A stretch of 64,000 bases of DNA from Octopus bimaculoides (Eukaryota): positions 47,775,877-47,839,876 of the forward strand of contig NC_068987.1 in the NCBI RefSeq assembly GCF_001194135.2. Reading direction: 5' to 3'. Each line of letters opens with the position of its first letter. Within the stretch, counting starts at the first letter, position 1. Shown here piece after piece: positions 1 through 12,290 of this stretch. A program made the translations under genes and the position numbers. The notes under the pieces were generated by a model. That model saw only the letters and a program-made list of their open reading frames with translations. It ran no database searches and was not told the DNA's origin.

Positions 1-51
<51 letters not shown>

Positions 52-852
52 ATATGTGTGTATATATGTATATATATGTGTGTGTGTGTGTGTATTTGAC
101 ACTGTTGATTCTCTTGAGATAACTAGCAAGATATATATGAATGAAAGTATGTATAAATGTATGTATATACATGCTTGTGTATTTATTTAATACTCTATCT
201 ATATTTGTGTGTGTGTGTATGTCTACAAATATTCACATGCATACAACTGTATTTCAATACAGCCATGTAGCTGCTTAACTATCAGTGCAATCCCCCACCT
301 CTCTATTTAACCTTAATGTATAACCAAATATTTAACCTTAATGTATATGCACATACACACACAGAGGCATTTATGTAGACATGCACGATTGTATGCATAC
401 ACTCTTGCATGCATACACTTACAAACATTGCATAAGATGGTCATTAAGACCTGAATTAAGCTGGTACATGTCTTGGCGTAAGACAGTTACATTCCAAGAA
501 TTTAAACTGAAATGCAGTCTCCGCTTTTGTCCAACATTTCTGAATAAGATATTCTACTTTATTAAGACAAACCTTACAGAAAAAGCAGTAACCATATCAT
601 AGACATAACTGTATCACAATTTGATACTTAATTATTTATCATCATCGTTGTCATCACTATCATACGTTCACTTTCCTGTGCTGGCATGAGTCAGGCTGAA
701 TTTGTTGAGACAGATTTTTGTTTGTTATCCTGCCTCTTGCCAATGCTGTTAATGACCAGATGATGTTTTTTGTGGCAGAATAGAAATGGAAAACTTCACT
801 TGTATGATATTGATGTTCATTTATAATCATTGCACAATGTCAAGATGAGGGT

Positions 853-892
<40 letters not shown>

Positions 893-1119
893 GTATTCAT
901 ATGTATGTATATGTATATATATGTATATGTACATATGTATATAGGCACAGGTGTTGCAGTGGAGTAAGTAGATTGCTTACCAAGCATATGGTTCCAGACT
1001 CAGTCTCATAGCGTGAAACCTTGGGCAAGTGTCTTCTACTATAATCTCGGGCCAAACAAAGACTTGTCAGTGATTTGGTACATGGAAACTGAAAAAAGCC
1101 CATCATATATATATATATA

Positions 1120-1882
1120 NNNNNNNNNNNNNNNNNNNNNNNNNNNNNNNNNNNNNNNNNNNNNNNNNNNNNNNNNNNNNNNNNNNNNNNNNNNNNNNNN
1201 NNNNNNNNNNNNNNNNNNNNNNNNNNNNNNNNNNNNNNNNNNNNNNNNNNNNNNNNNNNNNNNNNNNNNNNNNNNNNNNNNNNNNNNNNNNNNNNNNNNN
1301 NNNNNNNNNNNNNNNNNNNNNNNNNNNNNNNNNNNNNNNNNNNNNNNNNNNNNNNNNNNNNNNNNNNNNNNNNNNNNNNNNNNNNNNNNNNNNNNNNNNN
1401 NNNNNNNNNNNNNNNNNNNNNNNNNNNNNNNNNNNNNNNNNNNNNNNNNNNNNNNNNNNNNNNNNNNNNNNNNNNNNNNNNNNNNNNNNNNNNNNNNNNN
1501 NNNNNNNNNNNNNNNNNNNNNNNNNNNNNNNNNNNNNNNNNNNNNNNNNNNNNNNNNNNNNNNNNNNNNNNNNNNNNNNNNNNNNNNNNNNNNNNNNNNN
1601 NNNNNNNNNNNNNNNNNNNNNNNNNNNNNNNNNNNNNNNNNNNNNNNNNNNNNNNNNNNNNNNNNNNNNNNNNNNNNNNNNNNNNNNNNNNNNNNNNNNN
1701 NNNNNNNNNNNNNNNNNNNNNNNNNNNNNNNNNNNNNNNNNNNNNNNNNNNNNNNNNNNNNNNNNNNNNNNNNNNNNNNNNNNNNNNNNNNNNNNNNNNN
1801 NNNNNNNNNNNNNNNNNNNNNNNNNNNNNNNNNNNNNNNNNNNNNNNNNNNNNNNNNNNNNNNNNNNNNNNNNNNNNNNNNN
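1120..1882. other. Assembly gap (others at 3331-3340, 8091-8826, 15598-15607, 22610-22634, 40597-41327, 53521-54166, 61700-62588)
   Basis: Runs of N, mostly flanked by microsatellites or repeats. Confidence 0.99.
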
Positions 1883-2640
1883 ATGTGCCAGGAAGGCGAC
1901 GTTGATAACGATCACGCTGGTGCTATTTACGTGCCACACTGGTACAGGTGCCATCTCGATTTCGCTTTCGCTTGCCCCAACAGGTCTTCGCAAGCCGAGT
2001 TTAGTGTTCCAACAAATTTAGTTCGATTCCGATTTCACTTGCCTCACAATGTCTTCACAAGTGGAGTTTAGTGTCCAATGAAAGAATGTTACGCGTAAGT
2101 GGGCTGGCTACATCCCTGGCAGAGGCCTTGGATTTTGGTTTCATTTGTCGGGTCTTCTCACGCGCTGCATATTTCCAAAGGTCACGGTCACAAGTCATTG
2201 CCTCGGTGAGGCCTAATGTATGGAGGTCGTGCTTCACCACCAGATCTCAGGTCTTCCTAGGCCTGCCTCTTCCACGGGTTCCCTCAACCGTTAGGGTGTG
2301 GCACTTTTCCATGCAGCTATCCTCATCCATTCTCACCACATGTCCATACCAGCGCAATCGTCTCTCTTGCACACCACAACTGATGCTTCTTAGGTTCAAC
2401 TTTCCTCTCAAGATACTTATACTCTGTCGGGTATGCACACTGACATTACTCATCCATTGGTGCATACTGGCTTTATTCCTTGCAAGCTTACGCATGTCCT
2501 CAGCAGTCACAGCCCATGTTTCACTGCCATGTAGCATGGCCGTTCGGACACATATGTCATACAGTCTGCCTTTTACTCTGAGTGAGAGTCCCTTTGTCGC
2601 CAGCAGAGGTAAGAGCTCTCTGAACTTTGCCCACAAGAGT
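1883..2640 (-). mobile_element. RTE-clade LINE, 5'-truncated 3' fragment
   Basis: ORF 2247-2636 (WAKFRELLPLL...LHGSETW...RRLRWYGHVVRM...GRGRPRKT) is the RTE C-terminus. The 3' UTR runs into a gap. Confidence 0.88.
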
Positions 2641-2784
2641 TAACAAGTGAAACAGAGACAGACAGGAACAAGAAAAATGCCCCTGTTATTTGAATACTAT
2701 ACAAATATGTCTTTAAAAAGACTTTTCTTTTAAATTACCAAAATTTAATTTTTCAATAATTTTTCAAAAATCTATTATTCATAT

Positions 2785-2826
2785 TTACTGTTGAAAAGAT
2801 CTCAAGGATCAAAACCGGTTCTGTAA
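2785..2826 (+). ncRNA. Decayed minimal hammerhead ribozyme
   Basis: ttactg-TTGAAAA-gatc tcaag gatc-AAAAC-cg-GTT-ctgtaa keeps hammerhead geometry and a palindromic stem III (ACCGGT). Three core transitions separate it from CTGAAGA/GAAA. Confidence 0.5.
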
Positions 2827-3130
2827 TGTTCTTTATAAAAGTATTTTAGCATTTTCTACTTTGTCTTTTTTCCATATATATATACATATATAGATAGATA
2901 GAGTGATAAATTGAATATTAATTCAATTTAAACCAAGTGGCCTAGCATATAAAAAAATCTGAAAATTCAGAAAAAATTGTATTACACGCGTATAAGGGAT
3001 GACCACTAGGTGGACATCCAATATGCTAGAAAGAGGTCATCAATGACCTAACCACAAAGAAAAATAGTGTTCTCCAGAAAAATTTTGCAAAAACACCAGA
3101 ATAGGACAAAATGAGAAATATACAGAATAA

Positions 3131-3213
3131 AGAATTAGTTATGTACTGCAGTTTCGAACATTAACGTTTTAGTTACATAACAACATCCGTGTTCTCGTCA
3201 GCATAGCTGTTCT
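3131..3213 (-). ncRNA. Minimal type I hammerhead ribozyme (Penelope/retrozyme-like), intact core
   Basis: Minus strand reads agaacagctatg-CTGACGA-gaaca(29 nt)tgttc-GAAAC-tgca-GTA-cataactaattct. All core nucleotides are present. Stem II is 5 bp with a G-C closing pair; stem III is the palindrome ACTGCAGT; stem I is agctatg/cataact. Predicted cleavage after position 3144. Confidence 0.8.
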
Positions 3214-5499
3214 AGAATCAATATAATTTGCAGAACTATACACAAATTGTCTTCATGAAATGAGACTTGCATACAGTTCTACCAATTACATTGGGGCTAT
3301 TTTTCAAAATGCCTCAGCTTCGGCGCGCAANNNNNNNNNNTGGGGCTATTTTTCAAAATGCCTCAGCTTCGGCGCGCAAAATTCCAGAAACAATTCTGCA
3401 GAAAATAATTTACTGCAGTATATGTTGCCGGCTGGAGAACATAACTATTTAAATTATTATTTATATAGATAGGGTGATAATAGTAGAATTATTTTAGGCA
3501 TACTTAGAGTATTTTATATAATAATTATTTCTCAAAACACATCATGAATGTATTTTCAAGCAAGAAATCTATGAACATACACAATAAAGTGGGTTTATCA
3601 CTATAAAACTTTAGTGTGTTGTTTACCTGAATAAAAAGAAAGAAAAATGGTTTGCAACATATATACCAGGACACAACTGTAATTCTGTGAACATGCTGCT
3701 TTCATAGAAGTGGAGTTTATCATCAGCCAGAAAATAACAAATGAAAATCTGAACTTATTCAGATTATATATACATGTGTGATAGCAAAATCATGTGGGAT
3801 ATAAATTCCTGGAAATTTCAATGAATCTTACATATATATGGTCCAGTATAAAACATTTCACCCGCTCCTTCTTTCCCTGAACTGGAGCACTCTGGAATTA
3901 CTCGCTCCTCTATTACACATTTTTTCGTGTTAACATTCAGCTACAATTGTTTGAGATCAATATCAACCAAGATATTTTAAAATACAAATGTAATCTTTGA
4001 TGTTTTTAAAATTTAATTTATCATCAACCGCACTATACTATGGTTTTCTAAATCACTTTTTTTTTTGTCTGAAATTTATAGTCAAACTTATGACTGGAGT
4101 CCTGTTGTCAATGAGCACCATTAAGTAATTTTTGCAAACAGAAGATTCATATAAACACTGAATCTAATAATTTAAATTTAGGGTTCCTGTGTGAGACTTT
4201 CAGTAATTGCATGAAGATAAGTGAACAATGTAGAGAACCTTAGCAGACAACCTGTCATACCAGTTACTCTCTGAGCCTTTTCTTTTTTTACCATCAGTCA
4301 CACATGGCCTAAACATCTGTCATGAGTCACTTATCAAAGTCTATTCTCAAAAGTCCTTTGTAGGTCAATAAATGCAAGAGTTGCTTTTTCATAGTCATGA
4401 GATCTTCTTGTTGTTTTCATTCCAGAAATATATTATCTGTGATTATATGTATATATACATGCATACACATATTTAAATAGTATCCTATACATATTCAAAT
4501 AGTATCATTTACATATTTAAATAGTGTCTCAGACATATTCTATAGTGTCTTTTACATATTTGAAATAGTAATATGTCTATCATATTTAAAACAGGTACAT
4601 CATTGAAAGCCTTATAAACTGCAATATTCATCTTGAGAAGGCATCTCTTATTGATACACATATTGAAATATATCAGCAGTTGATAAAAATTTTCAAGCAA
4701 TGGTAGCTTGCTAAATATGTATTTCTGTTTTTTGGGGGTTTCATCAGAAGCAAGTATCCACTGTAACTGCATGCTAAGACGAAAGAGCCAGCAATATATA
4801 TTTATCAATACCATCTCCACTGCAGGATGGCTTTTGTCTGCTACTGATATATTTCTATGTTCTTCAAAACTATACAGTTATAAGCGATGTTTTCAAGAGA
4901 CAAATACTGCAGTTTATAAAGCTTTCAACAATGTATCTGCTTTAAGTATGATATACAGATTACTATTTTGAACTAATACTGCTTGTGTTGTTAATAATGA
5001 ATTTATATTCAGTATCCTATTCATATTCAAATAGCGTCTTATTCAACTCACTGAAAGCAATTGAAACAATATTAACAGCCTAGCAAGCCTTCTCCAATAT
5101 TAGTGAATATTTACTATTTCTCATATATCAAGGCATAAACTCTGTTCAAGCATGTTACAAATGGTTACAAGTTATTGACAAGTCCCAAAAAGAGCAAAGC
5201 ACATCTAAAATTCCTAGGAGTCTTATTGTTTCAATATTTATTGTGTTCTTAACACATGCCTATGAAGAGATTTTGTCTCAGACAGGAAAACAAATCCACA
5301 TCAACATACTTTTCTACAGTGTATATACATTTAGTGTGACACACAGATGGTTATTTTAGTGTTGTATTCAGTTTAGCCAACAATTTCACTGTGAAATATC
5401 CTATCAATTTTCAACTACTTTTGATGGAAAAATCGTAAATGCTGACTCATATTCATAATGAAGTCTATATGCAAATTAAGAAAACATTTCAAAACTTAT

Positions 5500-5850
5500 T
5501 TTCTTCCAATTTCTATCATCTTTATTGATTAATTGATTGGGTGCAGTGTCTTTGACTCAACAACATCCCTTGGCAATTGATTCATGTTTATATTGGTCTT
5601 GTTTGAGAAAATTTTCTGTCCTGTTAGCTTGTATAATTTCATAAATGTGAACATTTGATCCATAACTAATTGACGGCAACTTTAAACATCTTTAAATTTT
5701 CATCATGCTTATAAATTAATTTGTCACTCACAACAGTGACTGTCCCAGTCTCTTCCTTAAAAATGTACTTGAACAATTTATATGAATTGCCTCTTGTTAA
5801 TCACTAGGATTCCCAAATTTTCATGAGCACCACAGCTCTTATAGTCACTA
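5500..5850 (-). mobile_element. Degenerate CR1-like LINE 3' remnant
   Basis: Minus-strand fragments NQLPRDVVESKTL and ENLGILV resemble CR1 ORF2 C-terminal motifs. Many stops. Confidence 0.4.
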
Positions 5851-7735
5851 ATATTGCAAATCCTCATAATTTCTCATGACTTCTCTTAGCAACCACTCAT
5901 ATATATTGATAACATTGTATAACTGGTTTCTTTTTTTCTTTAGAACTAATAAATACTTCAATCCTCATTCATTTCTAATTCTCTAAAATCTTTAAATAAA
6001 ATCCACTTTGAAGCACTGCTCATATATGTGGAACTGCGTTGCTGCTATTACATACACCAACATCCAGATTATACTTAAAAAACAATGGGCTATCTGACTG
6101 ATTCATCAATAGGCTTCAGTCCTTGGTTTACAAACATGCTTTTTCTTCTCTCTGCCTTTTCTGATGACAATACCAAGGCCTCAGAAAGAGCTGATCTTCA
6201 CTAGCACTGATGCCTTGAAAACTACACCCAGTATACTCTGTAAAGTGGTTGGCACCAGGGAGGACGTCCAGCCATAGAGACCATGCCAGATAGACACTGG
6301 AGTATGATGCAATCCTTTGACTCCTCAGATCCTGCCAAGCTGAGCAATCTATACCAACATGGAAGCCAGGCATTAAATAATAAGGATGATTATGATATGT
6401 ATATGCGCGCGCGTGCGCGTGTGTGTGCAGGCATGGCTGTATAGTTAAGAAGTTTGCTTCCCAGTCATGAGGTTTTGGGTTCAATTCCACTGCATGGCAC
6501 CTTGGGCAAGTGTCTTTTATTATATACTCTAGCCCAAGATCAAAGTCTTGTGAGTGAATTTGGTGAATGAAAGTTGAAAAAAGCTTGTTGCATATGTATA
6601 TATAAGGGGTGGGGTGCTGTTCCCTTGTCTTCACATTATGTATTGAATATAAACTAGTGTTGTTCATTTCTCACCTCCCATGAAAAAAACATGTCTAGCC
6701 ATGGAAAAATATTAACTTTCTTAGAAACAAGTAAGAGTTGGTGAAAGGAAGGGCATCTAGCCATAGGAAATCTGCCTCAAAATATTTTGTCTGACCCATA
6801 CAAGCATGGAAAAGTAGACTTTAAAATAGATGATGTTGACAATGGTGATATGTTGTGAAAAATGAACTGGAACATGGAAATGATTAATGCACAGTACTAA
6901 TTAAATATGGAACATTACTCATCAGCAAGGAAGATCAGAATTAATGTAATTTTGGTGTATTTAGAGTTAAGAGACTTTAAATTCCATTCTACTACTCTGG
7001 TTATGCCAGTGATAGTTCATGTCACTGAGGTGACAGATGGGAGATAGAAAAGGACTTACAATATAGAAGGCAACAGCATAATACAAGTAAGATGGAAAAC
7101 GACAGATAGATAGATGGATAGTTGAGCAAATGGATTTCCACATGTACATATATTGCAGTGTACAATTGTTAAACATGTAATATTAAGTTGTCATCTCAAT
7201 GGGTTCTGTGTTGATTATGTATTGACCAATAGTATAAAGGAGAAAGAATTTCAGTTAAATGACCAACCCTTGGCGTACATCTATTGCTGATAGAATTAGT
7301 CATTAATGATGCTGATTGTAGTTGTAGTAGTTGTTTAATCTCAGGTCACTCTTGATATAACTGACCTTTTAAAGATTATGTTTTTAATGTGTTCTGTCCA
7401 AACTGAAATGATAAATTGTGACTGAAGGGTTTATTTAGTTGCTGTTTCTAGCAGGATGACTGACTCTGCAGAGGCTCTATTTTGGAGCCTGTCAGTAATA
7501 GTTATTTGTGGTGAGAGGTAGGTGAGGCACTATTTTTGGTTTTGTAGTTGTCGGTTTATTAGTTGTAGAGATTGTGTTCAAATGTATATTGAGTTCAAAA
7601 TAAAACATGAGAGATTCTTTACAAGATATTTAGCTACACCATCTTATGTATGTTATAAGGTCATTATTAGTTACATAAGGCAAATTGCATAATCAACATT
7701 TAATGTCAAATCATCACAGATGTGCAACTATTATT

Positions 7736-8030
7736 TATATATATAAAAATGAGAATGTCTGTCTGTCTGTCTGTCTGTCTGTGTGAATCCCTAAAACTCG
7801 AGAACTACGCAACCAATTTCATTCAAATTTTACACATGCCTTACTTAGGGTTCCAGTTGTGTTTTAGTCAAAAACAATTATTAACTTCTTGCAGAGTTCG
7901 AGCACACGGCAACATAATATCTCCTCCACTATTTAAGTATTAAGTGTCAAAAGTGAAACAAAAACACTCATGTCAAATACTTTCACTTTAAAAATGAAAC
8001 TATTCCACTAACTGAAACAATCACATTTCG
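7736..8030 (+). mobile_element. Helitron-type non-autonomous element, 5' portion
   Basis: TATATATATAAAAATGAGAATG followed by (TCTG)n and accaatttcattcaaattttacac, a Helitron/HINE-like 5' layout. Confidence 0.5.
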
Positions 8031-9041
8031 ATACTGTAGTGACAGATACTTTCACAGAGAGAGAAAGAGAGAGAGAGAGAGATGTATATGNNNNNNNNNN
8101 NNNNNNNNNNNNNNNNNNNNNNNNNNNNNNNNNNNNNNNNNNNNNNNNNNNNNNNNNNNNNNNNNNNNNNNNNNNNNNNNNNNNNNNNNNNNNNNNNNNN
8201 NNNNNNNNNNNNNNNNNNNNNNNNNNNNNNNNNNNNNNNNNNNNNNNNNNNNNNNNNNNNNNNNNNNNNNNNNNNNNNNNNNNNNNNNNNNNNNNNNNNN
8301 NNNNNNNNNNNNNNNNNNNNNNNNNNNNNNNNNNNNNNNNNNNNNNNNNNNNNNNNNNNNNNNNNNNNNNNNNNNNNNNNNNNNNNNNNNNNNNNNNNNN
8401 NNNNNNNNNNNNNNNNNNNNNNNNNNNNNNNNNNNNNNNNNNNNNNNNNNNNNNNNNNNNNNNNNNNNNNNNNNNNNNNNNNNNNNNNNNNNNNNNNNNN
8501 NNNNNNNNNNNNNNNNNNNNNNNNNNNNNNNNNNNNNNNNNNNNNNNNNNNNNNNNNNNNNNNNNNNNNNNNNNNNNNNNNNNNNNNNNNNNNNNNNNNN
8601 NNNNNNNNNNNNNNNNNNNNNNNNNNNNNNNNNNNNNNNNNNNNNNNNNNNNNNNNNNNNNNNNNNNNNNNNNNNNNNNNNNNNNNNNNNNNNNNNNNNN
8701 NNNNNNNNNNNNNNNNNNNNNNNNNNNNNNNNNNNNNNNNNNNNNNNNNNNNNNNNNNNNNNNNNNNNNNNNNNNNNNNNNNNNNNNNNNNNNNNNNNNN
8801 NNNNNNNNNNNNNNNNNNNNNNNNNNATGTTGGCTGCTCAAGAGTGGGCAGCAAAAAAAAACCTATTTGTATATCCTCCACAAGGGAAAACAAGGAACAT
8901 AGTTTACAACGAGGTGTTATAATCACAACAGCAAGAAAGTATGTACATGATCACCTTCTTTTATGAAGCTTCATTGACTTTCATATATTTATATTGATAT
9001 ACATATATATACGTGTGTTTGGGTGCGTGTGTATATATACA

Positions 9042-9132
9042 TCTCTATATATAAAGATGATGCGTAGTCTAGATGTCGTTTTTAGATTTCATTATTCTCT
9101 TTAACCCGGGCAACGCCGGGTATTTCTGCTAG
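9042..9132 (+). mobile_element. 91-bp mini-Helitron
   Basis: A|TCTCTATATATAAAG 5' end, subterminal hairpin cccgggcaacgccggg, 3' CTAG|T, no TSD. Confidence 0.7.
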
Positions 9133-9527
9133 TATGTAATATTACTGGATTGAAAAGTTGTCAGCATTCACCAATAATATGACATATAATAGTTACACTT
9201 CTGATGATCTGACATTAAATCTTGATTGTGTAATTTCCATTATGTAACAAATACCTCATGCTAATAAAAATGTACATAAGATGGTGTAACTAAATACCTT
9301 ATTAACAATCTCTCATGTTTTGCACTGTTTTCCAATTATACTCATTGTAACATTCAAACCTAAAATTTCATAACAAAGGAAATGCAGATGGAGTTCTTAA
9401 TATTGGTTATTTGTTATGTAATTGAAGGTTTAAATTGTACTGTATGTATTATGTATGTATTGAGTTCAGATTTTTAAAACTAACATTTGATTAAAATATG
9501 ATTTATCTTCTATTTTTCTATCATTAG

Positions 9528-9661
9528 GGGTGGATATGAGAAGGCCAGCCAACATTTCCAGGCTCCTGATCTTGATATCAATTTGAAGGGACGCAGTTTT
9601 ATGGTCACTGGTGGCAGTAGTGGTGTAGGCAAATCTATTGTTGAGGACCTGGCTAAAAGAG
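9528..9661 (+). CDS. DHRS12: DHRS12-like SDR, first detected coding exon (probably exon 2)
   Basis: tcattag|G...AAAAGAG|gttagt. Reads GGYEKASQHFQAPDLDINLKGRSFMVTGGSSGVGKSIVEDLAKRG, with the Rossmann TGxxxGxG motif. Resembles DHRS12 SGYESA...FLVTGGNSGIGK (from memory). 134 nt, phase 2 to phase 1. Confidence 0.93.
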
Positions 9662-11232
9662 GTTAGTTTTATTTTCCAACTTATTGCTTCTGTTTATATT
9701 ATTAGACAGGTAAATAAGGTCACTGGAATGGATTGCCTTAAAAGCACTGAATTGGGTGAAGGACACTGGATTGGATTAAAAGCACTGGAACAAGCTAAAT
9801 GAATTGGATGAGGAGAATCATTGGGCTAAATGCCTTCAGTCTCTTTATATTCAACTTCTGCTGAAACCAAATTTGCCCTTTATCCCTCTAAGGTCAATAA
9901 ATACCAGATAAGTACTGGAGTCAATGGTTTCAGTAAAACCCCTCCCTTCAAAATTGCTGGCCTTAGGTTTAAATCAGAAAGCACTAAGTTGATGGAGACA
10001 TTAATCTTTGAGCTGTATAGTGACCATGCTAGTGTTGGCACCACACAAAAAGCACCCAGTACATTCTGTAAAGTAGTTGGTGTTAAGAAGGGTATCCAGC
10101 AATAGAAACCATGCAAAAGCAGACACTTGAGCAAAACACTTCATTTCACATTGCTCCAGTCCACTCAGCTGAGTTCCAACAATAGCTGGGAAATTAACAC
10201 TGCAACTGACAAGCATCCCATTCAGTTGGGAGAATGTTCTGATCTCAGTCACTGATACACCATGGAAACCAGGTTGAACTCCAACCTTATGAGTCCCAGG
10301 AAGCATAAGTCTAAGCCTAATTCTAATGAAGAATAATCAAACAAGTTAACAGAATACTTTAAAAAAAACAAAGCAGAGAGTCCTTGATTGACAAAAGCCA
10401 CAGATCTTAGTGAACTTTCTCATAGGAAAACAAAACAAATTGCTATATTAAATGTCATGGAAAATTAAATTAATCAAGATGAAATCATTAACACACTCAG
10501 GTCTATTAGCAAATTAAGACACAGTTTAGAATCACACCATCGTATATTTAATGACCTCTTCACAGCTTGTTTAACACTTAATATATTCTCTAGAAGCCTT
10601 AAATATTTATGCTTCTTATATACTAAATGTATAATGATTTTTAGATAAACCTTAATCTTTCTTAGGTTATATTGATGGTGACCTCCCCCTCCTCTAATTA
10701 GTTTTTAATTAATGACTGGCAAGGTTTTCATCCAATTAAAGTGTACTTCTTCATTGCTATTCATCTCTTGGTTTATTAAATTTGGTACACAAACACAAAC
10801 CCACACATACAAACAAGCTCACACAGACATGCATACACATACAAACACACACACATAAACTTAAACACAGACTCCACATACACATGCACACAAACACACA
10901 CACACACAAATACACATCATCATCATCATCAACATCATTGTTTTAATGTCTATTTTCCATGCTGGCATAGATTAGACAAAACCTATTGAGACAGATTTTT
11001 CTAGTTGGATGCTCTTTCTGTCACCAATCCTTACTTGTATCCAAATATGATAATATCTCCCCTTGGTCAGATATGTTTTCACAGAAGATTAGAAATGAAT
11101 GAAATTGTTTGTATGACAGTAACACTTGCTTACAACTATTTTGTCAAGACAAAGAGACACCAGCATGCATGCTCTCTCTCTCTCCCAACACACACACATA
11201 CGCACATATACACATGTCCATAGGCACACATG

Positions 11233-11278
<46 letters not shown>

Positions 11279-11284
11279 TGGCTT

Positions 11285-11530
11285 CTTTGAGTTTCTTATT
11301 TCTTTATTGCCCACAAGGGGTTACACACAGAGGGGACAAATAAGGACAGACAAACAGATTAATTTGATTATATCAACCCCAGTGCGTAACTGGTACTTAT
11401 TTAATTGACCCCGAAAGGATGAAAGGCAAATTCGACCTCGGCAGAATTTGAACTCAGAATGTAGCGGCAGATGAAATACCACTAAGCATTTCACCCGGCG
11501 TGCTAACGTTTCTGCCTACTCGCCGCCTTT
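11285..11530 (-). mobile_element. tRNA-derived SINE with Nin/Deu-like central domain
   Basis: Minus strand: ggcggcgagtaggcagaa...gagttcaaattc (B box)...gcctttcatcctttcggggtc...aagtaccag. Confidence 0.75.
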
Positions 11531-11899
11531 TTTTAGTTTCTTTGAGTTTCTGTCTACCAAATTCACTTACAACACTTTGGGTAGCCAGGAACTTTAAAAA
11601 GATACTTGTCCAAGATACCATGCAGTGGGACTGAACCTGAAACCATGTGATTAGGAAGTAAACTTCCTAAACACACATGTATTCTTGCACCAATGCACAT
11701 AATACCTGCCTTCACTTCTGCATCTTAAACACCTCCCATCAAATTTGTACTGTGTACATGAACAAGAATATTGAAAACATTCTTCAATGGAGACATAGCA
11801 ACCTTGTCTTCTTTAATTAATGTTCTTCTCTACTCTCAGACAGCATGCAATTAAAAACTTCATCAAAGTCACTGTAACTGCTAGGCCTCACAAACACTA

Positions 11900-12290
11900 A
11901 GGAACTCTCCTTGCAATTTCACACTCACAATATATCAAAAAAATCTGTAACTGAAAGACTAGCCATTTTCTCCAGAGCCAGAAAATGCTTCAGCCCTGAA
12001 CACCTGCTGACTGTGTACAATGTTCAAGTGAGACCCATATTAGAATACTGTTCCCATATTTGAAATGGTGTTGCTACTACTGCTGCTACACACAAAAGCA
12101 TCCTAGACCACATCCAAAGAAAACCATTGAACTCTCTCACCAATACATTCCAGCCTCTAATCCTCAAATGTACTGTCTCTCTATTCTGCTTATGTAACAA
12201 CTACAAAGGTCTCTGTACCTCAGAGCTAACTAGCCGCACATCACCTCCACCTAAACCCACATAATGCATTTGCCTATTCTCTCATTACCT
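11900..12290 (+). mobile_element. CR1/L2-group LINE, RT C-terminal fragment
   Basis: Frame from 11953 reads ERLAIFSRARKCFSPEHLLTVYNVQVRPILEYCSHI*NG...ILDHIQRK, matching the RPxLEYC pattern. Confidence 0.75.

Noticed and set aside
1013-2071. Long ORFs crossing N-runs (also around 8008-8966, 40499-41714, 53411-54220, 61448-62768)
   Set aside because: They are artefacts of translating gaps as X. Only the R4-like segment beside the 40597-41327 gap is real coding remnant.
3292-3379. Exact 39-bp direct repeat either side of a 10-N gap
   Set aside because: This is the typical signature of unmerged contig overlap, so probably an assembly artefact.
7456-7517. ATG-initiated 20-codon segment ending AG|gtagg in the right phase to join exon 9528
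   Set aside because: MTDSAEALFWSLSVIVICGE has no real similarity to the DHRS12 N-terminus, and the sequence looks repeat-derived.
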